A stretch of 64,000 bases of DNA, from the NCBI RefSeq assembly GCF_000497125.1, contig NC_090596.1, forward strand, positions 496,001 through 560,000, in the 5' to 3' direction. Of this stretch, positions 24,478 through 38,545 are shown one piece after another. The first letter of the stretch is position 1. The number at the start of each line of letters is the position of its first letter. The stretch comes from Spironucleus salmonicida (taxonomy: Eukaryota). The position numbers and the translations under genes were made by a program. Under the pieces are notes generated by a model that was given only the letters and a program-made list of their open reading frames with translations, did no database searches and was not told the origin of the DNA.

Positions 24478-25509
24478 TCATTTAGTAATTTATTAAAGCT
24501 CAGTATTACATGATCTGATTATGTGCAAAACTTCATCAAAATTATCATTTCCAGATTTCAAAGCCTCTATTTATTCACTTTATATCATACAAATTTTTGA
24601 AACTTTTTAAATTAAATTCAATTTTTCGTTTCTGACTTCGCGAATTTCTGCTGAAAGTTACAAATTTCCAGTTTCAAAAGCTGCTAGTTTTTCTATTTTC
24701 TGCATTGTGAGCACATTTTCACCCTGCGAGTTTTCAATAATTTTCTGCACATTTTCGAGCTCATCGAAGCCCTTTTTTAGCTCGGAAATCTCCATTTTTA
24801 GTTCACAATTCTCTTAAATAATTTCCGAATTCTGACTGACTATCTGAGTTAATTATTAAAGCTACACCTGCAAAACTTCATTTTCAGCGGTCAATTCGAG
24901 CAATTTCAGCTCAAATTGACAGTTTTCCTTTTCTTATTTTGCAGAAAAAACGCTTTGAGAAACTTGAGTTTTATTCAGTTCAAGCTGAATTTTCAGTGTT
25001 TCAACGGTAGATTTTAGAAGATTTATCTCGTTTAATAAGACACTCTATTCGCTCGTCTGTGCCTTTTCTTGCTATTTTATGAGCTCCAGCGCTTGCGAAT
25101 TAAAGTTTATAGATGAGGATTTTTCGGTTTCAATTGCGAGATTTTAAGCTATAGTTTCCAATTTGGACGTTTAATCTTTCAGTTGAAAATTAAGTACGTT
25201 GATTTCCTGCTACAAATCGGCATTTTCGAGAAGAATTAGTTAAAGCTGCTACTTGGCAGCAATTTAGATTTCATCTGCTTCTGTTGTCTGCTATTACAGG
25301 ATTTTTTGGTTTTGAATGGCCTGATAAGTTTATTTTTAGTAAGTTAGACACTTATTTTGATTTTCATTAAGCTAAATGCGTAAATAGGATATGGTCTGCA
25401 CAAAATCGGATAAATCAGTTGTAGCTAATAGTATTGGAAAAGACGATGCAAACTTTTTATGGAGTAAAGCAGTAATTTCATCTTATAAAGTCCTAATCTC
25501 TATTTCCAT
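24478..25509 (-). CDS. Hypothetical coiled-coil protein (343 aa)
   Basis: MEIEIRTLQDEITALLHKK…; Q/E/L/K-rich open frame to TGA at 24478-24480. Confidence 0.75.
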
Positions 25510-25592
25510 CTGAAAAGGTAAAATATTATATTATTTTATTTATATAATAATTGTAATATCTATTTTTGTTCAGTCATTTTTAGGAATGTTAA

Positions 25593-25904
25593 ATGATGAA
25601 CGATCTTGGATTTTTGTAACTAGTTTAAAGCTATCGAATTTAAATACGAAAAGCTAGAATGATGGATATTTCATCATATTCGTTATCTGAATAAGCCATG
25701 AGCATAGATGAATTCAAGAAAATAATACGTTGGATCTTAATAAGCAATGACAAGCCTTATAAATTTATGAGATAATGTTAATATAATGGTTAACATTATT
25801 TTCTATTTAAATTACCAAAATTACTTGTAGGAGTCTAGAATGGAAATAAATTTGACAATCAAGAAATAATAAAAACAATAATTGTTAAAAAATAACGACA
25901 GTGA
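25593..25904 (+). CDS. Hypothetical protein (103 aa)
   Basis: MMNDLGFLQLVQSYR…; open frame filling the intergenic gap; ends CAG TGA. Confidence 0.5.
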
Positions 25905-25929
25905 TATATTAATACTTGTTTTAATTAAA

Positions 25930-26973
25930 ATGAAAATCGCTTTTGCATTTTGCTCATTTAAGAACGGGGCTTCTCCTCGTTAAATAAACTAGGCTATTTA
26001 GTAGAAAGTTTAAAAATTAAATATAGAAGCATAGTATTTTCAACTGTCAGATGGTGGTGAAAATACAGCTGCTTCACTTAGTAATAAGTCATCTAGTTTT
26101 AAAGGTTGGGATGCTTTATAACGTCCAATTGAGTATAATATTGCATTTATAAATGACATACCGATAATAGAAATGGCGTAAACAGTTGGTATAGAAAAAT
26201 TATCTAAAGACGAACTGAATCCATTCGTAACTACTAGTTATGGTTTTGGAGAGGCCACAAAGTAATTTTTATCATATTCTGATATTTATTTAACTGTTGG
26301 TGGATCCGCAACAGTTGATTTTGGATTTGGATTTTTGAAAGGGTTAGGTTGTATATTTTTAGATTAAAACGATAATGAAGTTTATTTTAATGTTGTTAAA
26401 GATATTATATAAATATAAAAGATTATAATTCCGGATAATCACCCAAATATAACAGTTCTTTGTGATGTTAAAAATATGCTTACAGGGGAAACTGGAGCGG
26501 TTAGAGTTTTTGGGCCATAAAAAGGTCTATAATCATCAGATTTTGAGATATTTGATAAAATATCAACTCATGTAAAAATGATTATTAATAAAGAAGAGTA
26601 ATAAGGAGATGGAGCAGCAGGGGGAATTGTATATGTACTACGAAATCTCTTTAATGCAAAAATTGTTTCAGGTGCTGAATTTGTATTAGAAGCTTAAAAT
26701 TTTGAAGATAAGACATAAGGTTATGATATTCTGTTTACTGGAGAAGGACAATTAGACTCTTAAAGTTCATTTGGCAAGGCTTGTTAAGTAGTTTGTTAAA
26801 AATTTCAAGGAAAGAAAATTGGAATATTCGGTTAAATAAAAACGAATGTTGATTTTTTAGATGCTATTTTCAGCTGCTAAAAAGGTATTAAAAGTTTAGA
26901 TGAAGCATTGAAAACCTGCAGCGAAGATGTGTCTGACGTTGTTTATAATATCATCAATGTTTTATTGATGTGA
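25930..26973 (+). CDS. Glycerate kinase, class I (GarK/GlxK type; 347 aa)
   Basis: MKIAFAFCSFKNG, LSDGGENT, IIEMAQTVGI, NPFVTTSYGFGE, VGGSATVDFG, LCDVKNMLTGETGAVRVFGPQKG, GAAGG, FTGEGQLDSQSSFGK. Confidence 0.92.
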
Positions 26974-27114
26974 AATTTAAGATATTATGGTTTATACTCT
27001 ATAAGATTAATATTTTGTAATATCTGTAGAATTATACCGACATATATTTAATTATTAATTATATACTTGCTAAAAAATAATTTTAGTAATATCAGCAACA
27101 TTATATTATAAGTT

Positions 27115-27414
27115 ATGGTTTAACTTTCAAATTAAATAATGAGCGAGCATACAATATTAGAGATTGTTCAGCATTCAAGCTAACATGTCAAAGAATAGCT
27201 TACAATATCTCCTTATGGCAGATAACTTATATCATTAGCAGATATATACTAAGATCTAGAAGATGCATTATTATGTTTATAAGTTCCACCAACTGCACCT
27301 ACAGGAGAAATACTAAAATTATTTACTAGAGCACCTCCATAAGAACTTGATCTAACCAAAACATCAACTAGGAAGTCTTCAACTGTTAAAAAATTACCAT
27401 AAATTAAGAAGTGA
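27115..27414 (+). CDS. Hypothetical protein (~99 aa; alternative start 27139)
   Basis: Open frame …MSEHTILEIVQHSSQ…KKLPQIKK; ends AAG TGA. Confidence 0.55.
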
Positions 27415-27514
27415 TTTGTAGATTAATCCAGTAAATTTTATCAGAATATGAAAAATATTGCTAGTGTAGCAACTAGTAAATACTAAAATCAATAAACTAT
27501 AAAGCCTCAAATTA

Positions 27515-29128
27515 TCACTGATAAACTCCCCTCTTTTCTAACAACAACCCCGCAACCTCAATCATATATTCATGTATCTCAGATTCACAGCTTATAACCT
27601 AGTAATCTACATTTTCTAATATTCCACACATTGTTTTTGAAATAAACCCTTTCTTCACATCCACCACTTCCTTTCCAGGAGCTTTTCCTTTCCCTTTTAC
27701 GTCAACTGGAGTACTAGGCCTTCCGCAACTAGTGTAAAACACATGATATTGATCTTCTTCCTCGGTTTTTTCAACATTCCATGTCGCCAAACCATCATAA
27801 TATTATGTTATATCAGTTTAAAATATCAAAGAATTACAAGCTTTCTCTTTATAAATTATTGCTTTTTTAACCTAAAAATCACTGAAAACAGTGATCGCGA
27901 AATTGATTTTTTCATAATTTTGCAGCTAATAAAAATGCTGAGTCGCTTATAAAATGTCAATTTCAGCATTTTCGAAATTATACGTTAACTGGCTTACTGA
28001 AGTTTTGACTGGAACTTCTACTTTTGCTCCTTTTTTCAAGGCCGAAGGCGCTCTCTGTGCCTTGGAAATTGAATTTTCACCTAATAAATTCAACGAATTT
28101 ATCATCAAAATAACGTCGTTTTTCGCGTTTACAAAGCTGGTGAGCAAAAAGTTCTCAAATTCTCTCGAATTCTCAGAAAACGCCATTTCGTTCACCATTT
28201 CATTGTTAATTTGCACGAAAATCTTTGAAAATTCTGCAAAATTCGACTCTTCGCAGAGCCTCGCAAATGCCGTAAAAACGGCTATTGCCAAATTCGGAAC
28301 GGACAATTTTGTGTTAAAAATCTAATTAGCATTTTTACTATTTTTAGCGTCTTTTCCGCTTTAATTTTTCCCTTCCAAATTTTCATTCCCTTCCACTATC
28401 ACCTTTTCGTTTTTCAGCTCCGATAAGAACTCTTGGAAATTGGGAATTTTCGAGTCGGAAACTTGAAATTTGAGTTTTGTGAATTCTGGAATTTGAACGT
28501 CGAAAGTTTTGTCGTTTTAACTGACTAAAAATGGAAATTTGCCCTTCAATTCCAACGTTTTTGCTATAAAGTTAGCAAACGCGTAGCAGTCTTTTCGCAT
28601 CACAAGGCCGATTTTGATCTTGCCTGAAATTTCAAAAATTGGAATTATCATTTTCTGGAGTGTAAAAAGTTATTTTTCCTTATTCAGCAACCTAGAAAGC
28701 GCTTCAGGCTCGGATTCACGCAGGAGCGATTGTACTGATTTGTGGATCATCTGAAAAAGTGGAGCTGAGCGGCCCAGAGTGGCCCAAATCTAGCTAAATG
28801 GCTGCGCTAGATCTAAGTTCTAAAGAGTTTCATATGCAAGCTCTGGGAACAGTGAGGTTTTCCCATCAAAATTTGGGTACTTGAAGTACCGTAAAAGCCC
28901 TAAAAAGTCGATTATTAGGATCAAATGGTCACCTGCAAGCTGGATTTGCTGCAACTAAATTAGGGCCTTTGATTTACGCTGCTTCATGAGATAGTCAGCA
29001 ATAAAAACCTCTGGAGAAGATATTTGGTGCTCAATTGCAAGATTTAGAGCTTTTTCAAGAGAGTGAATTATTGTATGTTGCTAAAGATAGTCTGAAACCA
29101 CTTGTTGCTGTAGATTTTGAGATGTCAT
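27515..29128 (-). CDS. Hypothetical protein with N-terminal Dpy-30/RIIa-like docking motif (537 aa)
   Basis: MTSQNLQQQVVSDYLQQHTIIHSLEKALNLAIEHQISSPEVFIADYL. Joins track ORFs 27947..28306 and 27599..27790 in one frame. Confidence 0.7.
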
Positions 29129-29168
29129 TGTGCGGAAAGAAATAGATTCTTTATAGTATTATATAAGT

Positions 29169-29717
29169 ATGGATAATTTATATAAAATGCAAGTTAAAAA
29201 ATCAGAAATACAAAGAAGACGGGATAATCAGATTGCAATGGAGAACTATAAACTGTAGTAAAGGATCAGTAATGTGTCACATAAGATACATTTTGATAAG
29301 TTTGATTAGGATTTTGCAAAATCCTCTAAATATTAATAGTTGCATCAAATTTATACTTCTCCTTGTAAAGAAACTCGTACTATTAGAACTTCTTCCCCTA
29401 TATTCCCAAAATCGACTCCACTGGTTGACACTATTTCGCCAGAAGTCTTACGTAAAATTTAATCTAAAAGCACAACATCTAGAGTAGCTGTTTCAGAATA
29501 AACTGGTATATTCAAAAAATCATAATTTGTCCAACTTCCTAAACTGCTGCCCAAAAGGAGTGTATTCTATGAAAAAATAGAACGGATAAAGGAAAAAAAT
29601 TCAGAATTAATAAACAAGCCTGATTTTAACAAATAAACAATATAAAATGGAGATCCAGCATTTTCGATATTGAACTTAGGTAATAGACCTGTTTCTGATG
29701 AGTTTGAATAGTAGTGA
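29169..29717 (+). CDS. Hypothetical protein, possible CFAP97/Hemingway-like motif (182 aa)
   Basis: KKSEIQRRRDNQIAMENYKLQQRISNV resembles the CFAP97 'I.RENxxLLxRL' segment (weak match); ends TAG TGA. Confidence 0.6.
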
Positions 29718-30168
29718 TTGTAAATGGTTAATTATAGTGAGTAACTGCATAAGATATATTTGATCTTTATTGCAAACTAAAACTATGAAGAATGTAAGTA
29801 TACTAATATTTCAATGGAATATATCTTGAATTAATTTGTTATTAATATAGTTTAAATTTGTTGAGAGATTTCTTATAATCACTAGTATTATATAATAATC
29901 TAATTTATTTTATAATTTATTTATCCTCTATAAAATATAATAAATCAAGTATTTAATTATATTTGTTAACAGATTATATAATATAAAATAAATTTTAAAC
30001 ATTATATATCAATAAGTTTGGTTAGTGTAATAACAATAATTAATTAATTTACAATTCTTTGTATCACATCTGTTGAATTTCCACTATCATTAACTAAAAT
30101 GGTATCTTATTTTTGCGATTTTTTATTGATTAAATTAATTAATCTCACATAAATTTGCTCAATCAAAC

Positions 30169-31290
30169 TCACTTCCTGAACCCCACCAAATTAAATAAAG
30201 GAAGTTCAACGGGCTAACTGGGCAGTTTTATTGCACTACAAGGTTTTTGGTATAAATGACCTATAATTGGGCTTTTTCGCTTCGCAGAAACACTGATTTT
30301 CGCTAAAATGGGTTTATTTGTTAATGGAAATTACTTAATCATCTCTGATAGATTAATAAGCTTATTTTTAATGCAATATTACATTAATTCCAAACCATGC
30401 CGGTTATAGAATTCAAACTAAATATTCTAGCAGACCAATTCTGTCATATATTCGTGCAATGGTTTCTCGGAGAATGACTTTTCCGTTAATAAAATTTACT
30501 CGGCATAATGTATTTATACAAATTGAACAATATATCTAAGTAATTTGTATGTACCTTAAATGTTCTTTTTAAGTAGTGTTTTCCACAAAGTTCCTACTAC
30601 TTTAGGTAAGAATGAGACAATAATATGCCCAAAATTTGCTATATTCTACCCATAATTCACTGCCCAGTGTAGTAAAATTTCACATTCTGAAGCAGATGTG
30701 GGCAAAAGAGACTTATAAAGCTCTGGATTGCAGGAATTGCGATACGTAGGATTAAGTAACAGTAGCTGCAGATCTTTGATCAAAGTTTATTTAACTGATT
30801 TTTTCTCTGCTCTCAATAACTTTATAATATCCAGCTTTAGGTTTGGTGTCTTGCAGGCAAAATCAAGTGCAGACTGGTTATTCGCATTTACTTGATTCAG
30901 AAGGTCACCATTTGGTTTGCTGGAAGTAGCTCTATTGGCATAAAAATTAATGGAATCCAACAACGCTTCAGTCCGTAAATCTGGAGTTATCGACGCTCTA
31001 CCTGATGTATTCACCGATCCAGACCGCGACATCGAGAGGCGCATACGCTGCGATTAAGTTAAAGATAAGGATTAATAATGCTCCTTTGAAGTTTAAATTT
31101 AAAGCAGCAACTGTACAGTTTCCAGATTTCCAACAAAAGCTGCATACATGAGGGATGTAGATCCTAAAGCACGTGGATAGTCACTGGCAGTGTCATTAAT
31201 CATTCCATATAATAGGTGCTATTATATTGGGATTTGTTTGTCTTCTAAGATGTTTTTGAAATACTTATCTAAATTTACATTTTTTGGCAT
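30169..31290 (-). CDS. Ankyrin-repeat protein (373 aa)
   Basis: GSTSLMYAAFVGNLETVQLLL and NANNQSALDFACK…LDIIKLL ankyrin motifs; open frame to AAG TGA. Confidence 0.8.
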
Positions 31291-32178
31291 TTATTTTAAC
31301 AAATTATAATATAAATATCTTATATATAACATATAAAAGAAATTAAATTGCTAAAAGAATATCTACATAATAGTAATTTTTTAAAATAATGAGGATCTTA
31401 TTTTAGTTTTTAATTATGTTTATATCTTAATATATGGTAAGGGTATAGAAGAATAATAATAAAGAAAATTTCTATAATATAAAAATTAGCTTCGTAAATT
31501 AATGACTCTGTATTGTTATTAATTTAAAATTTTATAGCGAAAATTTATTGAAATGGATACTTAGTCCATTGATACTAAATGAGAAATAACATTATTACTA
31601 TCATTACTATTTTAAAAATTCATTTAATCTAACTTAAATTACTCATTTTTAGTATCATTAACTAAAAATGAAAGTTAATATATATATAATCAGTATTATT
31701 AACTGATAATTAATCATAAAAGTTCATTCATATGACTATCCGTCATATTTAATATAACAATATTATTATGAATTTTAACTAACAAAAACTACACTTTATG
31801 ATAAATTCTTATGAAATTATATGATTTACTATCAATCGCGTATGTAACATTTCTTATAAATAAAAACTGCACTTAAAGCATAACATTTAATTAAAAGTTT
31901 AGTCCAAACTACTTATAACATATTTGATAATAGTTAATATCAGCGTAAATCTACAAATTCTTCAATTAAATATCATAGTATATTGCCATATGTATTTTAT
32001 ATCTGGATTAATTATCAAACTAGCTTAAAAACCATATTTATTTTAATAATAAATAATTTTATAAGATATAGTATAGCCAACAAAAAGCGTTTACGAGTTA
32101 ATACTTATATTTCAACGATATACATAGATGTATAATAAACATTCTAACAAATTACACAATTTAAATTTTCTCTCGAAA

Positions 32179-32757
32179 TCAACCACTTTACGACTATTAC
32201 GTAAATGCAATAATTATTTGCATTATATCCCTTTTACTTTAAACTTGATTTTTTCACATTTCCAGGTCCCCATTAACAGCTAAAATGAACTAGCATATTC
32301 CATTTTCGAATCCTTCATAGCAGTAAATTATTTTTTCGCCCCTTTCAAAATCTCTAGCAAACTCTACCATTCTTGCTAAAAAACAGTCAGATTCGCTCAA
32401 ATCCAATATGAGTGAGTTATCATTTTCGTAAGTTGTCCGTACGCGTGGAAAACGGCCATTTTCTTGACGAAACTCATTGATTTTGTTAAAAATCGGCCAG
32501 TTTGGATCTGTTATATAAAAATTTGATACTAAATTTGTATAAGACTGATATTTAAATTTTTTCGATGGAAGAGGAATAGTTGGAGAGATTGTATAATAAT
32601 TTTGTTAAAGAATAAAAGTTGCAATTTTTGAGGGTTATTTTATAATAGATAGCGTGAAAAGATAAGATTCTGGATCATTAGGATCTAATGCTATATTGTA
32701 AGGTATTAAATAACGGTGAAATTCTATAGGTATATTTATAGCACATCCTATTTTCAT
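32179..32757 (-). CDS. Hypothetical protein (192 aa)
   Basis: MKIGCAINIPIEFHRYLIPY…INEFRQENGRFP…; ATG-to-TGA frame. Confidence 0.6.
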
Positions 32758-32797
32758 TTTATAATTAAGTAGTTATAATATATAATAATATATTCAA

Positions 32798-33085
32798 TCA
32801 GAAATACTCTACTTCGGCATCCGAAGAAGTTTACTCAAACTATGAAAGAGCTACTATAGTTTTAGTAACAAATTATTGCTATTATTATATTGGGAGTGAC
32901 AGGGTCATAAATTTTTTCTTATATTTAGCGTGCTTTAGGATATTTTACGATGCTTATTTTGTAGTTGATTTATTGCCTGCTAGCATCTTAGGCTACACTC
33001 TAGGAAGTTAATATGCATTGTAAAAACTACTTGAAGTAAATATCACTCTGGTATTTAGATTATAAACTGACTAGAGTTTATTCAT
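32798..33085 (-). CDS. Small hypothetical protein (95 aa)
   Basis: MNKLQSVYNLNTRVIFTS…QQQQQ…SDAEVEYF; open under TAR=Gln. Confidence 0.45.
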
Positions 33086-33233
33086 TTTATAAATATTTGT
33101 ATTCTATGTATATTTAGAGTTTTATTTATTCATTCAAATTTTTAATTAACCACATATTAAATTTTGCAAAATATAATTTTTACAATTTATTGTATTATTA
33201 TGCGATATTATTAAATTAATATATTTTCAAAAG

Positions 33234-34400
33234 ATGGATAATTTGATTAAATGTCCATTTTGTAAAAGTTCATATGCGGCAGCTTAACTAGTCTCACATT
33301 GTAAAGAATGCCCATAACGAAGGTCTTCAGGTGGTAGGACTACGCAATCAATCTAATAACCTTCTGCTCCTTTAATTAATGCAGAAACTAAAAAGTAAAC
33401 ACCGGAACTATAAAAATATGAACAACCCGCGTAACTTTCTGGATCTCCATAATAATAGTAATAATAAAAATTATAAAAACCACAAAAAATACGGCCGAGT
33501 AATGATGAATAAATTGATGAGTCCATCGATTTGATAGAATGTCCTGTTTGCAGCAGAAAATTTACAAAAGATAGACTTGAAAAACATGAAAAAATATGTG
33601 AAAAATCTGCAAACAGAAAAGTAAAAGTATTTGATGCTGCAGATAAACGATTTGGAGAACTTGATAACGAGAGTAAAAGACTCGTATAGAAGGTTGAAAT
33701 AAAGAAAGTTATGGAGAAGAAAAAAGGAGTAAATGACAAATTCACTGTTATAAATGATAGCGAAACCAAGCATTTTGGAGATGGAGACGTAGCAATGTTT
33801 GGTGACAAGAAACCTAATTTCAAACCATTTTCCGATGAAGAAGAAATTGAAAAAAAAGTTGTAAAAACTAATAAAACTAATAAAATTGATATTTTAGTAC
33901 CAGCAGATGCTACTGTAGAAGATGTAGAGCTGGTTCCTACTGGAGGCCCAAAATTACCAAGAACACCAACTAGTTAGCAGCTGCCATATTCGTCATTCTC
34001 ACCAGAACAAGTATAAGAAGTGTAGCATAAATAACTTGTTCCATTGAAAGTTGATAATAGTAATATAAAGTCTCCATCTAAAGATAAAAAACATAAGCAT
34101 AAACACAAACACAAATCTAAAAATAATTAGTCAGATATGATGTAAACGATGCAATAAATGTTTTAATAAATGCAGGTTATGTAGTAATAGTAACAATAAT
34201 AAATTTTTTAACCATAATATTAACCTTAGTTTATGCATTCTATGCCTTTATAATAGTAATTGCCATAAGCATAATTTCCTGTTCAACCAGTATTTGCAAG
34301 TATAGATTCTAAGTAAGTTGCCTTTTGTTTCAGTTGTGGGTCTAGGTATATTTAAGAAGCTAGATTTTGTGCTGGATGTGGTGCTAAAAAACCAGAATGA
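33234..34400 (+). CDS. C2HC zinc-finger protein, ZC2HC1A-like (388 aa)
   Basis: LIECPVCSRKFTKDRLEKHEKICEKSANRKVKVFD (zf-C2HC), N-terminal CPFC…HCKEC, C-terminal FCFSCGSRYIQEARFCAGCGAKK. PolyQ tracts are written as TAA/TAG runs. Confidence 0.85.
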
Positions 34401-34519
34401 TTTTGCTTTATTACATATTGTAAAGATTTTTATTTACATAATATTATACATAATTTTATATGTATAATAAATAATTATAAATTAATTATTTGTATACTAC
34501 TATATATTAATATAGAGCT

Positions 34520-35590
34520 ATGCTATTATAAATGAAAACTAAATAATAATAATTTCGAGTTATTACTAGTATATAAGGTATATAGACATCTCTTAATGCT
34601 GTATTGGTTGATAATGAAATTTTATCTTTACCTTAAACGTATGATCCTTAACTAACAACATTTTCAAGAGCCCCTGTAATAGAGTTCGCATAATTTACTT
34701 CAGGCTTTGGTCATAATTATAAATATGGAGACTATTTAACTAGTAAAGGGTTAATATCACCACCTTATTTATTTAATTTCAACTCCGCAGTCAATATATT
34801 TTTACCAAAATTATAATTTTTTACAGCCTGTTAGTATAAAGATTCTTTAGTAATATTTGGTGGATAATTGAATGGAATTTGCTAGAATACAACATATATA
34901 GTTAAGAACAATAAAACTAGTATTATTAATGGTAAATAATCACCATCTGGGCGCTGTGGAGCCAGTTTAGTATAACTAGGAGAAGATTTAGTACTAATTG
35001 GAGGAGATAATCGTAACTATAATGATTTTGTGCTAAATAATGATTTTTGTTTTGGAGATGTTTGGAGTTTTAATGGTTCAGTTTGGAAGAAACTAGATAT
35101 TGAAATCGAACCTAGAAGTTATCATAGTTGTTGCGTATTTAAAGGGGGAATAATTATTTCTGGAGGTATAGTATATAAACCGAGTAAATCAGTATTGAAT
35201 GATATTGTAATATTGAAAACATGTGATTATTAAATTCAATCTAAAGTTATACGCAAACGAGTCGGAAAACACAGATAATTCGCAGTAAAAAGCTAGTTTC
35301 CAGTTTAGTTTTTATTTTCCCCACAATATATTATTAAAAATTTAGATAAAGTTGAAAAATATGGATTTTATGGAGAGATTTATGAGAAAAAAATATAATC
35401 AATAAAAATTATAGAAAAATCAGCTATAGAGATTAAAAAATTAGAGATCTGTAGTCCTTAATTATATGGTCATACTATGATTATATTTAATGATGGAAAA
35501 GGCGTAATCTTGGGTGGATTTAATATTAAATATCAATTAAATAATAATATCTATGCATTTGATGCTAATAAATTAATCAATATAAAATGA
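34520..35590 (+). CDS. Kelch-repeat protein (356 aa)
   Basis: LVIFGG, PSGRCGASL…LVLIGG, DVWSF…WKKL…EPRSYHSC…IIISGG, LYGHTM…VILGG. Confidence 0.82.
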
Positions 35591-35601
35591 AATTGACATA
35601 T

Positions 35602-36498
35602 TCACTCGTATCCTTAGATAGGTATAAATTTCATATCCCCAATAAAAGAATAAAATTAAAGTAATATCAACTAATTAATATCTTGTTTAACAATTATAAA
35701 TAGCAAATCACAATAGTGAGTTTTAAAATCCATAAAAATATTTCTTATATCTTATTCTGACTTTTATAATGTAACATTATGCATAATATATGTCTCTTTA
35801 CCCATGCTTAACACACATCTATTTTCCATTATTGGATTAGCTACTTTTAATTTCAAATACAACTAGCATTATGTAATAAGTTGCTTAATTTTAAACTAGT
35901 TCTATATTTCTTGAAAATCATATAATTCAGGTCCTAGTCCTAAAAATAATTGCTTATATATTTCGATTACTGAACATGAATATTAACTGAATTTGATAGT
36001 TTAAAGAAATGATTGGATAAATTAAAATCTGACACCATTAGGCAACAAAGACTACTAATTAATTATTTGGTTTATATGTAAATCTACATCAGTCATAAAT
36101 TTTTTAATATGTTTAAATTAACACCCTAAATAATTAATTTAAGATAAATACTTATCAGATCTCTACAAAGATGGTACAAATATTTTTTCATTCTAAGTTG
36201 TTTAGTAGCAAAAATATTCTTATAATTTTAATAAGAACGAAATATCTGTTATTTATTGATTCCTTTAAATAACTATAGCATGTGAATAATTAAAAATTTC
36301 ATGAATTTAAATGTCTTAACTTTTTAAGTCCTAAATATTCTAAAATTACTATGAAAAAGAATGTAAACTATGAGGTTCAGCTTATTTTGTTAGTAATATT
36401 ACATTTGAATTATTTGGTAAAATATAACGCTGTTACTAAAATATAAAATCATGACTGACAGCATAACTTAAATTAAAGATTATAACAATATTTACCAT
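35602..36498 (-). CDS. Hypothetical protein (298 aa)
   Basis: MVNIVIIFNLSYAVSHDFIF…; TGA-free frame ending GAG TGA. Confidence 0.6.
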
Positions 36499-36680
36499 TT
36501 TTATAAATATAACATGTAGTTATTATATATTAATATAGTATAACTATTATGAAAATAAAACACAAAAGATTCTATAAAGATAATACAGTATAAGTAATAT
36601 CATATTTAATTAGTTATAAAATAATTTTGAATTTTTGTTTAAATCAATATTCTTTTATTTATAACATATATTGATTCATT

Positions 36681-37172
36681 TCACTCAGTAATCTTTGAAA
36701 CTTTTTGCTAAAACTCTACAAATACTTTTTATAATTAATCAAGCTTATTTTTAGTAAAGGTAGATTCATTAATTTATCTCTCCATTGTAAGACCTTAGTA
36801 TGCATCATCCATAAATTTTTAAACCTTATATTCATCTATTGTTAAATTTTCTAAATTTTTAATAATAGTATTTCTGGAATCAAGTTATCCTTGTAGTAAA
36901 CCAATTTACACCTAATTCTCTTCGTATATTTTATCCATACAGTTACAATCTAACAGTAGTTCAATAAATCCTAAAATTACATCATTCCAGCACTCTTCCT
37001 TAGGGTATTAATGTAACAAATTATCCATAAATTTTTATAGTTTCTTTAAGTCTTTTTATTCAAAATAATCCATAAACCCATCATAAATAATATCTAAATA
37101 GTTTTAACTTGGCTAAAATTTATGAAGGTTCATTAGAGCTTCGAGGAAATAATCAAATTCAATACTTTGCAT
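36681..37172 (-). CDS. Hypothetical protein (163 aa)
   Basis: MQSIEFDYFLEALMNLHKF…; open frame ending GAG TGA. Confidence 0.65.
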
Positions 37173-37221
37173 TACACTTAATTTTATTTTATGTATAATA
37201 ATGATATATATTATTATAAAA

Positions 37222-38535
37222 ATGATCTCCATACCTTCATCTAGGTTGACTAAGCCTCCCAGACTTTCAACCACAACCAAATAAGAAATTAATCCAATTC
37301 AACTTAAATCTTAATCGAAACTAACATTGAATATTTTAACTTTTGTTCTTGCTTAAAATAACCAATTTTTTCCAACGGAAGAGACAGATAAGTATATGAA
37401 ACTTTTTAACGATTTTCTAATTAAACCAGATGATCTAGAACTACCATTTAATATTATCTCCACACCAGTTTAACCTCTAACTTCTGATCATCTGTTAGTT
37501 TCTCCGAATGGAATTTCTTTCACAAAGCAATATTTTTAAGAACTTTCTTAAATTTAATAGCTAAAAGCCTAAATAAGTTAACCACAACAAAGAAAACCTC
37601 TATCACCTTGTTAAACTAGGCCATTATCTGGCTAAAAAACGATATAAGAAACTTTATATACACCACTTATTTACTCAATTGACTCAGGAGTATTTAGTTT
37701 ATCCAAAAATATAGAATAAGATATTAAAATTTATATTTTTTCCACAGTGAAATTTTATTTTCAACAAACGGCAAGAATTAGTAAATTTGATGTAGAATAT
37801 GAAGAAGATGAGATTTTCGACTAGTAAGCCGAAATATAGGGAGAATTTCTCAATTTCATTGATGATAATGGTATTTGTTTAGAAGGAAAAAAATATTGCG
37901 AGATTGGTTAAATAGGCGAAATTAACACTATAGATACTATAATATATAATATATCCAGAATTATAAGGCGAGAAATAAAATTTCTTAGTTCAGAATTAAT
38001 TAATGTAGAAGTATACTGCAATAGTTACGACCTTAAAAAGAGTTATTAAAGTAATTTTTATTATTAAGTGTAATTCAAATAACCTGATTTTCTAATACTC
38101 GACTATGACCAGTTTCATTTTGGAGGTGCTAGCATTAGCTTATTTGGTCCCAACAGTCATATGCGAAAACTTATAGAATTACAAGAAAATTTTCTATCAA
38201 TATCCAAAAAAGAAACCAGGCTTCCAGCAGTTATTACAGAATTATATGTTATGCTAAATACGTTTACTAAAAGTGGATTAGTAGAAAATTTCAGTTACGG
38301 GCTTATTGAACTAAATGATATTACTTAGGAATCGGATATTTACATCAAGGATGAAGATTTTGGAGATTTAAGATTTGATACGAAACGTTTAGTAAAAGAA
38401 TGTTTGGATGCAATTAATAGCTGCTTTTAAAATAAGAAGGTGTAGAAGCTTAATGTATATGGTAAACTTATGAATTTTTCTATTATTAGAGACAGAATGT
38501 TTGAGATATGCTAAGATATTGAAATAATTCAGTGA
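37222..38535 (+). CDS. Hypothetical protein (437 aa)
   Basis: MISIPSSRLTKPPRLST…; long open frame ending CAG TGA. Confidence 0.72.
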
Positions 38536-38545
38536 CATGATCAAC

